NCBI GenBank assembly: GCA_003141835.1
Contig: PLNR01000009.1
Location: 8,307 to 72,306, forward strand
Reading direction: 5' to 3'
Length of the DNA stretch: 64,000 bases
Origin: Candidatus Omnitrophota bacterium
Lineage (GTDB): Bacteria; Omnitrophota; Gorgyraeia; Pluralincolimonadales; Pluralincolimonadaceae
The position numbers and the translations under genes were made by a program. Each line of letters opens with the position of its first letter. The first letter of the stretch is position 1. Below are positions 9,090-16,820 of the stretch, piece by piece. The notes below the pieces were generated by a model, which had not been told where the DNA came from, did not search any database, and worked only from the letters and a program-made list of their open reading frames with translations.

Positions 9090-11503
9090 CTTCTTTCTTT
9101 CATGAGCGATTTTACGATATTGACCGCTTCTATTGCGTCGCGCGCGTAGGCTGAGGCGCCTATCTCCTTGGCGAACGCCTCGGTCACTACTGCGCCGCCG
9201 ACTATCGTCTTGAAATTATAACCCTTCTTCTTCAATTCCTTAATGACGCGCTCCATCTGGATCATCGTCGTAGTCATCAGCGCGCTCAAACCGATTATGT
9301 CGGCCTTGTTCTTCACCGCTTCTTTTATTATCGTATCCGCAGGCACGCCGCGGCCGAGGTCAAGTATCTTATATCCGTGGTTTTCCAGGACCGATATGAC
9401 GATATTCTTGCCGATATCGTGTATATCGCCCTCGACCGTCGCGATGACGATCGTCCCTTTATCCTCTTCCTCCCCGGGTTTTATCTCTTTCTTCAGCCGC
9501 CCGAACGCGCGCTGGACCGCTTCCGCGGATAATATAACCTGCGGGAGGAAATATTCCCTTTTGCCGAATTTTTCGCCGACTATCTCGAGCGAGGGGATAA
9601 GTATCTTGCTGTTTATCTCGAGCGGGGCGATGCCCTGTAAAAGAGCCTCTTCGATATATGAAACGATGTTTTCCTTGTCGCCGTAAAGGACCGCCTCTTT
9701 GAGCCGTGTCTTCACATCCTTATGCTCGCCCGGCTTTACTTCCAGTTTTTTCCTCGAGGCCTCCTGGACAGGGTTGAGCGCGGTTTTAAGGAATTTATTT
9801 ATCTCGGCATCCGTCGTCACGCGCTTCTTCTTTTGTTTCGCGACCCAGAACATGTTATCGTCGCTCGGGTTTATTATGGCTAGGTCGAGGCCGAACGCGA
9901 GCGCCAGCGAAAAGAAGTCCGCGTTTATCTTCCTCCTGTTCGGGAGGCCGAACGATACATTGCTCACGCCTAATGAAGACGAATATCCTTTTTTCTTTAA
10001 TTCCTTGATCGCTTTGAGCGTCTCTTTCGTCTGCTCAGGCTCCGCCGATATGGCAAGGGTAAGAGGGTCTACGATTATATCTTCTTTTTGTATGCCGAGA
10101 GCGGCCGCCTTGCTGATTACATAGTCCGCGATCTTTACGCGCGCCTTTGCATCTTTCGGGATGCCGCATTTGTCGAGGGCAAGGACGAGTATCGCCGCGC
10201 CGTATTTCTTCGCGAGAGGCAGGATCGAATCGATCTTATCCTTCTCGCCGTTCACGGAATTTATAAGGGGCTTTCCGGCAACCTCCTTCAACGCTTCCTC
10301 GATAGCCGCGGTATTGGCGCTGTCTATGGATATGGGAGCTTCGCTTACCGCCTGGACCGCCTCGATTGCCGCGGCGATCGTCTCCTGCTCGCGCGTCCCC
10401 GGCACGCCTACATTGACGTCCAGGATATCCGCGCCTTTCTTCGTCTCCTCTATCGCCTCGCGCCTTATTATTACGGTCTTGCCGCTCTTAATCTCATCCT
10501 GGAGCTCTTTCTTACCGGTCGGGTTGATCCGCTCGCCTATTATCAGCGGCCGGGTCATCGAGTTAAGCTCAACGACCTTTGTCCTCGACGATAACCTGAA
10601 GGCAGGGAGATACTTCCTCTTTGCCGGCCTTTTATTCCTTAATATCTTTTTCAGCGCATTTATATGCTCCGGCGTCGTCCCGCAGCAGCCGCCGATAAGG
10701 TTTACCCCGAGACCGGCGAATTCCACCGCGTACTTCGCGAATGATTTCGGGCTCTCAGGAAAAAAAGTCTTACCGCCGCGCAGCTCGGGAAGCCCGGCGT
10801 TTGGCAGGCACGATATATATTTATCCGTATATGGCGAGATCTCTTTAATGACTTTTACGAGTTCTTTCGGCCCGGTAGAGCAGTTCGTCCCGATGATATC
10901 GGAGCCGAGGCTGTTGAACAGCACGGCAAAAGCCGAAGGCGACGTACCGTAAGTGCTCCGCTCCCCGCCCTCGAATGTCATCTGGGCCTGGACCGGGATT
11001 TTTCTGTCGACATGCCGGGCAGCGACAAACGCCGCTTTCAATTCCTTTATGTCTGCAAATGTCTCCAGTAGTATGATGTCGCATCCGCCTTCTTTAAGTT
11101 TCCTTATCTGGTCCTCGAATATCTTGACCGCTTCATCGAAAGTGAGGTCGCCCAACGGTGTTATCTGCCTGTCGAGAGGCCCTACCGAACCCGCGACATA
11201 CGCCTTACCGGCGGCCGCCGACCTCGCGATGCGCGCCGCCTCGTAATTTATCCTGTCAGCTTCTTTCTCAAGCCCGTACGCGGCTAGCTTTAACCTGCTG
11301 CCGCCGAATGAATTAGTTTCGATTATATCCGCGCCGGCTTTTATGTAATCGAGATGTACGGCCTTCAGGATATCGGGCCTCGAGAGGTTCAATTCCTCGG
11401 GGCAGGCTCCCGCCTTCAGCGCCCCGGTCTCCTGTAAGACCGTTCCGAGCGCGCCGTCGTATATCAATATCTCATTTTTTAAGCGGGCTAATATTTTTTT
11501 CAT
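9086..11503 (-). CDS. metH: Cobalamin-dependent methionine synthase (homocysteine, pterin and B12 domains; no activation domain)
   Basis: DGALGT, GTNC and GGCCGT Zn ligands, IGERINPTG pterin-binding domain, GDIHDIGKN and LSALMTTT B12-binding motifs. Confidence 0.92.
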   Translation of the reverse strand: MKKILARLKNEILIYDGALGTVLQETGALKAGACPEELNLSRPDILKAVHLDYIKAGADIIETNSFGGSRLKLAAYGLEKEADRINYEAARIARSAAAGKAYVAGSVGPLDRQITPLGDLTFDEAVKIFEDQIRKLKEGGCDIILLETFADIKELKAAFVAARHVDRKIPVQAQMTFEGGERSTYGTSPSAFAVLFNSLGSDIIGTNCSTGPKELVKVIKEISPYTDKYISCLPNAGLPELRGGKTFFPESPKSFAKYAVEFAGLGVNLIGGCCGTTPEHINALKKILRNKRPAKRKYLPAFRLSSRTKVVELNSMTRPLIIGERINPTGKKELQDEIKSGKTVIIRREAIEETKKGADILDVNVGVPGTREQETIAAAIEAVQAVSEAPISIDSANTAAIEEALKEVAGKPLINSVNGEKDKIDSILPLAKKYGAAILVLALDKCGIPKDAKARVKIADYVISKAAALGIQKEDIIVDPLTLAISAEPEQTKETLKAIKELKKKGYSSSLGVSNVSFGLPNRRKINADFFSLALAFGLDLAIINPSDDNMFWVAKQKKKRVTTDAEINKFLKTALNPVQEASRKKLEVKPGEHKDVKTRLKEAVLYGDKENIVSYIEEALLQGIAPLEINSKILIPSLEIVGEKFGKREYFLPQVILSAEAVQRAFGRLKKEIKPGEEEDKGTIVIATVEGDIHDIGKNIVISVLENHGYKILDLGRGVPADTIIKEAVKNKADIIGLSALMTTTMIQMERVIKELKKKGYNFKTIVGGAVVTEAFAKEIGASAYARDAIEAVNIVKSLMKERR

Positions 11504-12137
11504 AGACCTTTCTTATGGGCCTTTGGCCTTTCTTTACGAGGCCGATGCATGCCGTGACCGATTTCTCCGGGAGCATGATATAGCTTTTTGTCGCCTTTAC
11601 GCCTATCTTGCCTGACTTCAGAATTTTCAGGACCTTTACCTGGTCGAATATCGTCCAGTCACCGTATCCCGGGCTGAACCGCGCCGTTGCCGCGTAGCCG
11701 TCGGCCTTTGCTTTCGTCTTTATCACGCCATCTATGTAATCTGCCAGCGCCTCGACCGCTTCCGAACCTGCCGCGTCGAGCACTGTCGCGCGTGCTACTT
11801 CACCTTTAGTAACGTATTTATTAACCATATCCACAAAGTCGCTTCCGATCGTGCACACAAATAGCGCGGCCCTGCCCGCCCCTTTTAGGCGCTTTGCCAA
11901 GGCGCTGCTCTTTATGGTAAGGTTCACTGAAGCGAACCTTACCACTTCGCGGCTCACCGCGACATCAAATATCCCGTAGGCGGCCTTCGGCCCTATGAGC
12001 GAATGGCCCTCTTCGATCACGCCGGATATGAAATCGAGTATCTTCTTGTCTGCCTTTGTCTTGTATTTTGCGAATTTGAGGCGAGATAGCACGAGGTCCG
12101 TCGGTATCTTTATAGGGACGTTCTTAAGAAAGACGAT
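11472..12137 (-). CDS. Stand-alone methionine synthase activation (SAM-binding) domain
   Basis: FVCTIG, LDAAGSEAVE, RFSPGYGDW, MLPEKSVTA motifs. The called GTG start is 12092, but the frame stays open up to the metF TAG; an SD-preceded ATC at 12137 is used here (see findings). Confidence 0.85.
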   Translation of the reverse strand: MVFLKNVPIKIPTDLVLSRLKFAKYKTKADKKILDFISGVIEEGHSLIGPKAAYGIFDVAVSREVVRFASVNLTIKSSALAKRLKGAGRAALFVCTIGSDFVDMVNKYVTKGEVARATVLDAAGSEAVEALADYIDGVIKTKAKADGYAATARFSPGYGDWTIFDQVKVLKILKSGKIGVKATKSYIMLPEKSVTACIGLVKKGQRPIRKVYEKNISPLKK

Positions 12138-12146
12138 TTTAGTCTC

Positions 12147-13013
12147 CTAGAGGCCGGCTTTGTCCAGGATCTGCGGAACAAGCTTGTTCCAGCCCAATGA
12201 CATTATATGGACGCCCTGCGCCAGGCCCTTCAACTCTTTTATGGTGCGCGCCGCGATCTCAACGGCCTTCTGCTGTTTGTCAGGCGCGGCTTCGACTTCC
12301 TTTATCAGGTCATCCGGTATGAATATGCCGGCCACGTTCTTGTTCATGAACCTGGCCATGTCCGGGGATTTGATAAGTATGATCCCTGCGATGATGCAGG
12401 TATTATGATGTTTGACCTGGCCGATGAATTTCGAGAACGCCTTGACGTCATATACGCCCTGCGTCTGGAAGAATTCGGCGCCGGCCTTTATCTTCTTCTC
12501 GAATTTAATAAGTTCCGGTTCGATCGGGTCCGCGCCCGGGTTCACGACCGCGCCGATGCAGAATTTAGGTGCGCCTTTAAGTTCTTTCCCTGCGAGGTCC
12601 TTACCGCTCTCGAGCTTTTTTAAGGTCTCGATCAATTGTACCGAGTCGAGGTCGAATACGGGTTTCGCTTCCGGATGGTCGCCGCGCGACGGATGGTCGC
12701 CGGTCAGTACCAGGATATTCTCTATCCCGAGCACGGCCGCGGACAACGCGTCAGACTGCAGCGCTATCCTGTTCCTGTCGCGGCAGGTCAGCTGGTATAT
12801 CGGCTCGATGCCCTCTTGTTTAAGAAGGCGGCTTACGGCAAGCGAACCAAGCCTCATAACGGCGCTCTGGGAGTCGGTCACGTTCATTGCGTCGACCCTG
12901 CCTTTGAGGAGCCGCGCCTCGTCAAGGTTCGCCTTGACGTCGATACCCTTAGGCGGGCCTATTTCGGCCGTGACTATGAATTTTTTATTATTTATCTTTT
13001 CTTTTAAAGTCAT
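12147..13013 (-). CDS. metF: 5,10-methylenetetrahydrofolate reductase MetF (acetogen/MetV-associated type)
   Basis: TAEIGPPKG, NVTD, TCRDRNRIALQ, LTGDHP, PVFDLDS, GAEFFQTQ, GVHIM motifs. Confidence 0.93.
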   Translation of the reverse strand: MTLKEKINNKKFIVTAEIGPPKGIDVKANLDEARLLKGRVDAMNVTDSQSAVMRLGSLAVSRLLKQEGIEPIYQLTCRDRNRIALQSDALSAAVLGIENILVLTGDHPSRGDHPEAKPVFDLDSVQLIETLKKLESGKDLAGKELKGAPKFCIGAVVNPGADPIEPELIKFEKKIKAGAEFFQTQGVYDVKAFSKFIGQVKHHNTCIIAGIILIKSPDMARFMNKNVAGIFIPDDLIKEVEAAPDKQQKAVEIAARTIKELKGLAQGVHIMSLGWNKLVPQILDKAGL

Positions 13014-13676
13014 CTATATCCTTTTCTTCGCCGCGTCCACCACGACCTTGCGCGGTTTTATCGATTTAGAGTGGTCCTTCGGGGGATGGACCTTTTTCAT
13101 CTTATCCAGTTCCCCGAGGTCCTTGAGGCGATTATATATCAACAGCCAGCCGCAGTCAATATCAGGGCTGACTTCGCATTTGCCGTCCTTGACGCCGCCG
13201 CACGGCCCGTTCTGCAGCCCCTTGGGGCAGAACGTATTGGGACAGTAACCGCCGGTCATGAATAACGTGCAGTCGCCGCAGAGTGAACACGCTTCGGCAA
13301 AATGTCCGGCCCTCTCTGCCTCGCCCAAGAAGAGCGTGTCGGTCGCCGGGATCACCTTTTTGCCGGTCCCGTGGAATATCGTAAAACAGCCGTCGCCGCA
13401 GCTCATAGAAAGTATCACGTCGGCCTTATCGAGCACAGCTATATTGTCGCGCGCGCGTTTCTTTACCTCGAGCAGGTGGCACGGCGGATCCCAGATCTCT
13501 GTGGCCACGATATTCTTGCCGTGTCCCTTGAGGAGCTCCTCCATCTTCTTTACTTCATCCTCGCCGCCTGTCTTGCAGACGGTCGCGCACTGGGCGCAGC
13601 CGGCTATGAAGACGTTCTTGACGCCCTCCAGGTATTTAAGTATCTCGTCTATGGGTTTTTGTTTTGTGATTATCAT
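13014..13676 (-). CDS. metV: MetV (MTHFR Fe-S/Zn partner subunit)
   Basis: MIITKQKP start, CAQCATVC, SCGDG, CSLCGDC, CPNTFCPKGLQNGPCGG, KCEV, CGW Cys-rich motifs; directly upstream of metF. Confidence 0.88.
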   Translation of the reverse strand: MIITKQKPIDEILKYLEGVKNVFIAGCAQCATVCKTGGEDEVKKMEELLKGHGKNIVATEIWDPPCHLLEVKKRARDNIAVLDKADVILSMSCGDGCFTIFHGTGKKVIPATDTLFLGEAERAGHFAEACSLCGDCTLFMTGGYCPNTFCPKGLQNGPCGGVKDGKCEVSPDIDCGWLLIYNRLKDLGELDKMKKVHPPKDHSKSIKPRKVVVDAAKKRI

Positions 13677-14488
13677 CTTTTCACCTGCTCCTTAAAGAGC
13701 GCGATGCAATTGCACATCGACATTATCACGGTAAGCGGCCCGACGCCTCCGGGTACCGGGGTTATGAAGCCCGCGCGCTTCTTCGCCGCCTCGAATTCCA
13801 CGTCGCCTACTATCCTGTCGCCCACCTTGCTTATGCCAACATCGACCACGATAGCGCCTTTCTTTATCCAGGCGCCTTTTATCAGGCCCGGCTTCCCGAC
13901 CGCGACGACCAGTATTTCGGCCCGCGCTATATGGTCTTTTAGATTTCCGCGGGTGGCCGTGCCGATGTGGCATACGGTCACAGTCGCCAGCTTATCCAGC
14001 AAAGACATCGCTATCGGCTTGCCTACCAGCTCGCCATGCCCCACAACAACCGCTTCCCTGCCGAATAGGCTTATCCCAGTCGACCTTATTATCTCCATGA
14101 CCGCCGACGCCGTCGGGTTGACCCTCTCGACGTTCTTGGACGGATCTATGTAAAATATCGTCTGCTTAAGGTTTATCGTCTTCGGCAGAGGCAGGCCGAG
14201 CATTATAGCTGTTGTCTTTTTATCCCCGTTCAGTTTCTTTATCGCGCGGATAAGCTCGTCCTGCGAGACCGAAGAGCTTAAACCTACCTTCCTGTACTTT
14301 ATGCCGAGTTCCTTTGCCAGTTTCTCCTGCGAATTTATATAGATAGTCGCGGGTTTCTGCACTCCCACCTGAATGACCGAGAGCATGGGCGTCCTGCCGT
14401 ATCTTTTCTTTATGGCGGCCACCTCGCGCTTCAATTGCGCTTTCAATTTGGAAGCAAGAACCTTGCCGTTCAGGACTTTAGCCGTCAT
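13673..14488 (-). CDS. folD: Methylene-THF dehydrogenase FolD (divergent, probably monofunctional)
   Basis: LPLP, VGKP, ATVTVCH, VDVGIS, ITPVPGGVGPLT motifs; ATGA overlap with the fchA stop at 14485-14488. Confidence 0.9.
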   Translation of the reverse strand: MTAKVLNGKVLASKLKAQLKREVAAIKKRYGRTPMLSVIQVGVQKPATIYINSQEKLAKELGIKYRKVGLSSSVSQDELIRAIKKLNGDKKTTAIMLGLPLPKTINLKQTIFYIDPSKNVERVNPTASAVMEIIRSTGISLFGREAVVVGHGELVGKPIAMSLLDKLATVTVCHIGTATRGNLKDHIARAEILVVAVGKPGLIKGAWIKKGAIVVDVGISKVGDRIVGDVEFEAAKKRAGFITPVPGGVGPLTVIMSMCNCIALFKEQVKR

Positions 14489-14973
14489 CTGACGACCCAC
14501 CTCTTCTTTTTCTGTTTTACCAGTTTCCCTGCCGCTTTGACCGACGCCCGCAGGAATAATTCCGCGGCCGCCATATCTCCCTTGAGGTTCTTATTACCTA
14601 TCTTTTTGAGCCTCATGCATATCCTCACGCCTCTCTCTGAAAGCGCCGATATCTCTTGCGCGCAATCCGAGGCCTTTTTCATGGAGATATTGCTTCTTGT
14701 CCTTGCGTATTCATTATATGTCTTTGCGTCTTTTTCAATATACGCGCTTAATTTATCCCTGACCGCGCCGGCATTTTTCGAAATGGCCTTGGCTTCGTTA
14801 TCGTATCTTTTATATTTCTTTTTCCCGATCGTAAAATTCGCGACTTTTACGATCAGGGCAGCACCGAGTGCGCCGACCAAAGCTGCTGCCGCGCCTCCGC
14901 CCGGCGAGGGCTTCCTCTCTCCCAGCTCTTTTACAAAAAGATCGATCCTGTTCTTCGCGCATATTTTAATCAT
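14485..14973 (-). CDS. fchA: Methenyl-THF cyclohydrolase FchA (FTCD_C family)
   Basis: PSPGGGAAAALVGALG, ANFTIGKK, GNKNLKGD motifs; located between fhs and folD. Confidence 0.85.
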   Translation of the reverse strand: MIKICAKNRIDLFVKELGERKPSPGGGAAAALVGALGAALIVKVANFTIGKKKYKRYDNEAKAISKNAGAVRDKLSAYIEKDAKTYNEYARTRSNISMKKASDCAQEISALSERGVRICMRLKKIGNKNLKGDMAAAELFLRASVKAAGKLVKQKKKRWVVR

Positions 14974-16652
14974 CAGAATAACCCCGTTATATTGCCATCG
15001 TTATCGACATCCACGCGCTCGGCGAGAGGGACCTTCGGCATCCCCGGCATCAGGTTCATCTCGCCGGTCAAGGCGACCAGGAAGCCCGCGCCTGCAGAGA
15101 CCTTCACCTCTTTTACCTTGAGGCGCCATCCGGTCGGGGCGCCTTTCACCTTCGGGTCGTCTGTGAATGACAGGTGCGTCCTCGCCATATTCACCGGAAG
15201 CTCATCGTAATTATTTTCCGTAAGGAAATTTATATCGTCCTCGGACGTCCCGACATATACCACGCCCTCGGCTCCGTATACCTCGGTGGCGATCTTCTCT
15301 ATCTTCTCCTTTATCGAAAGGCTCGGGTCATAAAGCGGCTTGAATTTCGAGGGATGCTCCTGCATCGTCGCGATGACCGCCTGCGCGAGCTTCTCGCCGC
15401 CCTCCCCGCCCTTGGCGACCACTTCGGCGATCTCGGCCAGGACGCCTTTGCTCCTGCAAAATTCCTTTATCCTGTTCAACTCGTTATCCGTATCCTTAGG
15501 GAACCTGTTTATCGCCACGACCAGCCATATCCCGAACTTCTTTACGTTCTCAATGTGCCGTTCGAGGTTCGGCAGGCCCTTATTGAGCGCTTCCAGGTCT
15601 TCCTTCTCCAGGTCGATTTCAGCCATGCCGCCGTGCGCTTTTAACGCGCGGGCGCTCGCGACCACTACTGCGCAGTCGGGCCTGAATTTCCCCTGCCGCG
15701 TCACGACATCGCAGAATTTCTCGAAACCCAGGTCGGTCCCGAAGCCTGTCTCGACTACCGCATAATCGGCAAGTTTGAGCGCCATCTGCGTAGCGAGGAT
15801 GCTGTTCGTCCCGTGCGCGATATTCCCGAACGGCCCCATGTGCACGAATGCCGGCTGGCCCTCGAGCGTCTGAACCATATTGGGCTTTACCGCTTCCTTT
15901 AAGATGGCGGCCATCGCGCCGACGATTTTCAACTCGGACGCGGTGACGGGCCTGCCCTTATTCGTGAAACCGATTATTATCTTTCCGAGCCTCTCCTTCA
16001 GGTCTTTGTATCCGGTGGTAAGCGCCAGGCACGCCATTATCTCCGAAGCGGCCGTGATATCGAAACCTTCGCGGCGCTTTACCGCGCCCTCGGTTATCCC
16101 GACCTGCACCTCGCGCAAACTCCTGTCGCAAAGGTCTATCGTCCTGCGCCAGATCACCCTTTTCGGGTCGAGTTTTAACTCGTTGCCCTTTGCCAGGTGG
16201 TTATCTATTATGGCAGCCAAAAGATTGTGCGCTGCAGTGACCGCGTGTATGTCTCCCGTGAAATGGAGATTGATATCCTCCATCGGCAGGACTTGCGCGT
16301 ATCCCCCGCCGCATCCGCCGCCCTTAAGCCCTAATGCCGGGCCCAGCGACGGTTCGCGAAGGCATAAAATGACGCGTTTCTTCAGCCGGCCAAGCGCCTG
16401 GGTCAGGCCTATCGAGATACAGGTCTTGCCTTCTCCGTGCTTAGTCGGGGTCATGGCCGTGACAAGGATAAGTTTACCGTCAGGGCGCTGCTTCAGCCTC
16501 TGGAGGACGACGAGCGTGATCTTAGCCTTAAAATTACCGTAAAGCTCAAGCTCGTCGGCGTTCAAGCCGGCTTTTGTCGCAACCCCAACGATCTGCTTGG
16601 GATGCGTGAGTTTCGCGATCTCTGATGTGGAATGCGGTTTTTTAGCGAACAT
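14973..16652 (-). CDS. fhs: Formate--tetrahydrofolate ligase
   Basis: TPTKHGEGKT, LREPSLGP, GGGYAQV, INLHFTGDIHA, FDITAASE, GPFGNIAHG, MPGMPK motifs. Confidence 0.96.
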   Translation of the reverse strand: MFAKKPHSTSEIAKLTHPKQIVGVATKAGLNADELELYGNFKAKITLVVLQRLKQRPDGKLILVTAMTPTKHGEGKTCISIGLTQALGRLKKRVILCLREPSLGPALGLKGGGCGGGYAQVLPMEDINLHFTGDIHAVTAAHNLLAAIIDNHLAKGNELKLDPKRVIWRRTIDLCDRSLREVQVGITEGAVKRREGFDITAASEIMACLALTTGYKDLKERLGKIIIGFTNKGRPVTASELKIVGAMAAILKEAVKPNMVQTLEGQPAFVHMGPFGNIAHGTNSILATQMALKLADYAVVETGFGTDLGFEKFCDVVTRQGKFRPDCAVVVASARALKAHGGMAEIDLEKEDLEALNKGLPNLERHIENVKKFGIWLVVAINRFPKDTDNELNRIKEFCRSKGVLAEIAEVVAKGGEGGEKLAQAVIATMQEHPSKFKPLYDPSLSIKEKIEKIATEVYGAEGVVYVGTSEDDINFLTENNYDELPVNMARTHLSFTDDPKVKGAPTGWRLKVKEVKVSAGAGFLVALTGEMNLMPGMPKVPLAERVDVDNDGNITGLF

Positions 16653-16663
16653 AGTGAATCTTT

Positions 16664-16692
16664 ATTATAGGAAAATAAACGACTTGCGTCAA
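16664..16692 (-). promoter_or_regulatory. Sigma70 promoter of the fhs/one-carbon operon
   Basis: Minus strand TTGACG-N17-TATAAT, ending 11 nt before the fhs ATG. Confidence 0.75.
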
Positions 16693-16820
16693 GGCATATA
16701 TATTAATTTTCTGGTCACAAGAGGAGAAGGGGCTTACAGAATGTTTACAATTGCGAGAATCAGGAGTTAAAATTGATTGTAGATTGTTAAAATTTCAAGC
16801 GAAATACGCTACGTTAGATT

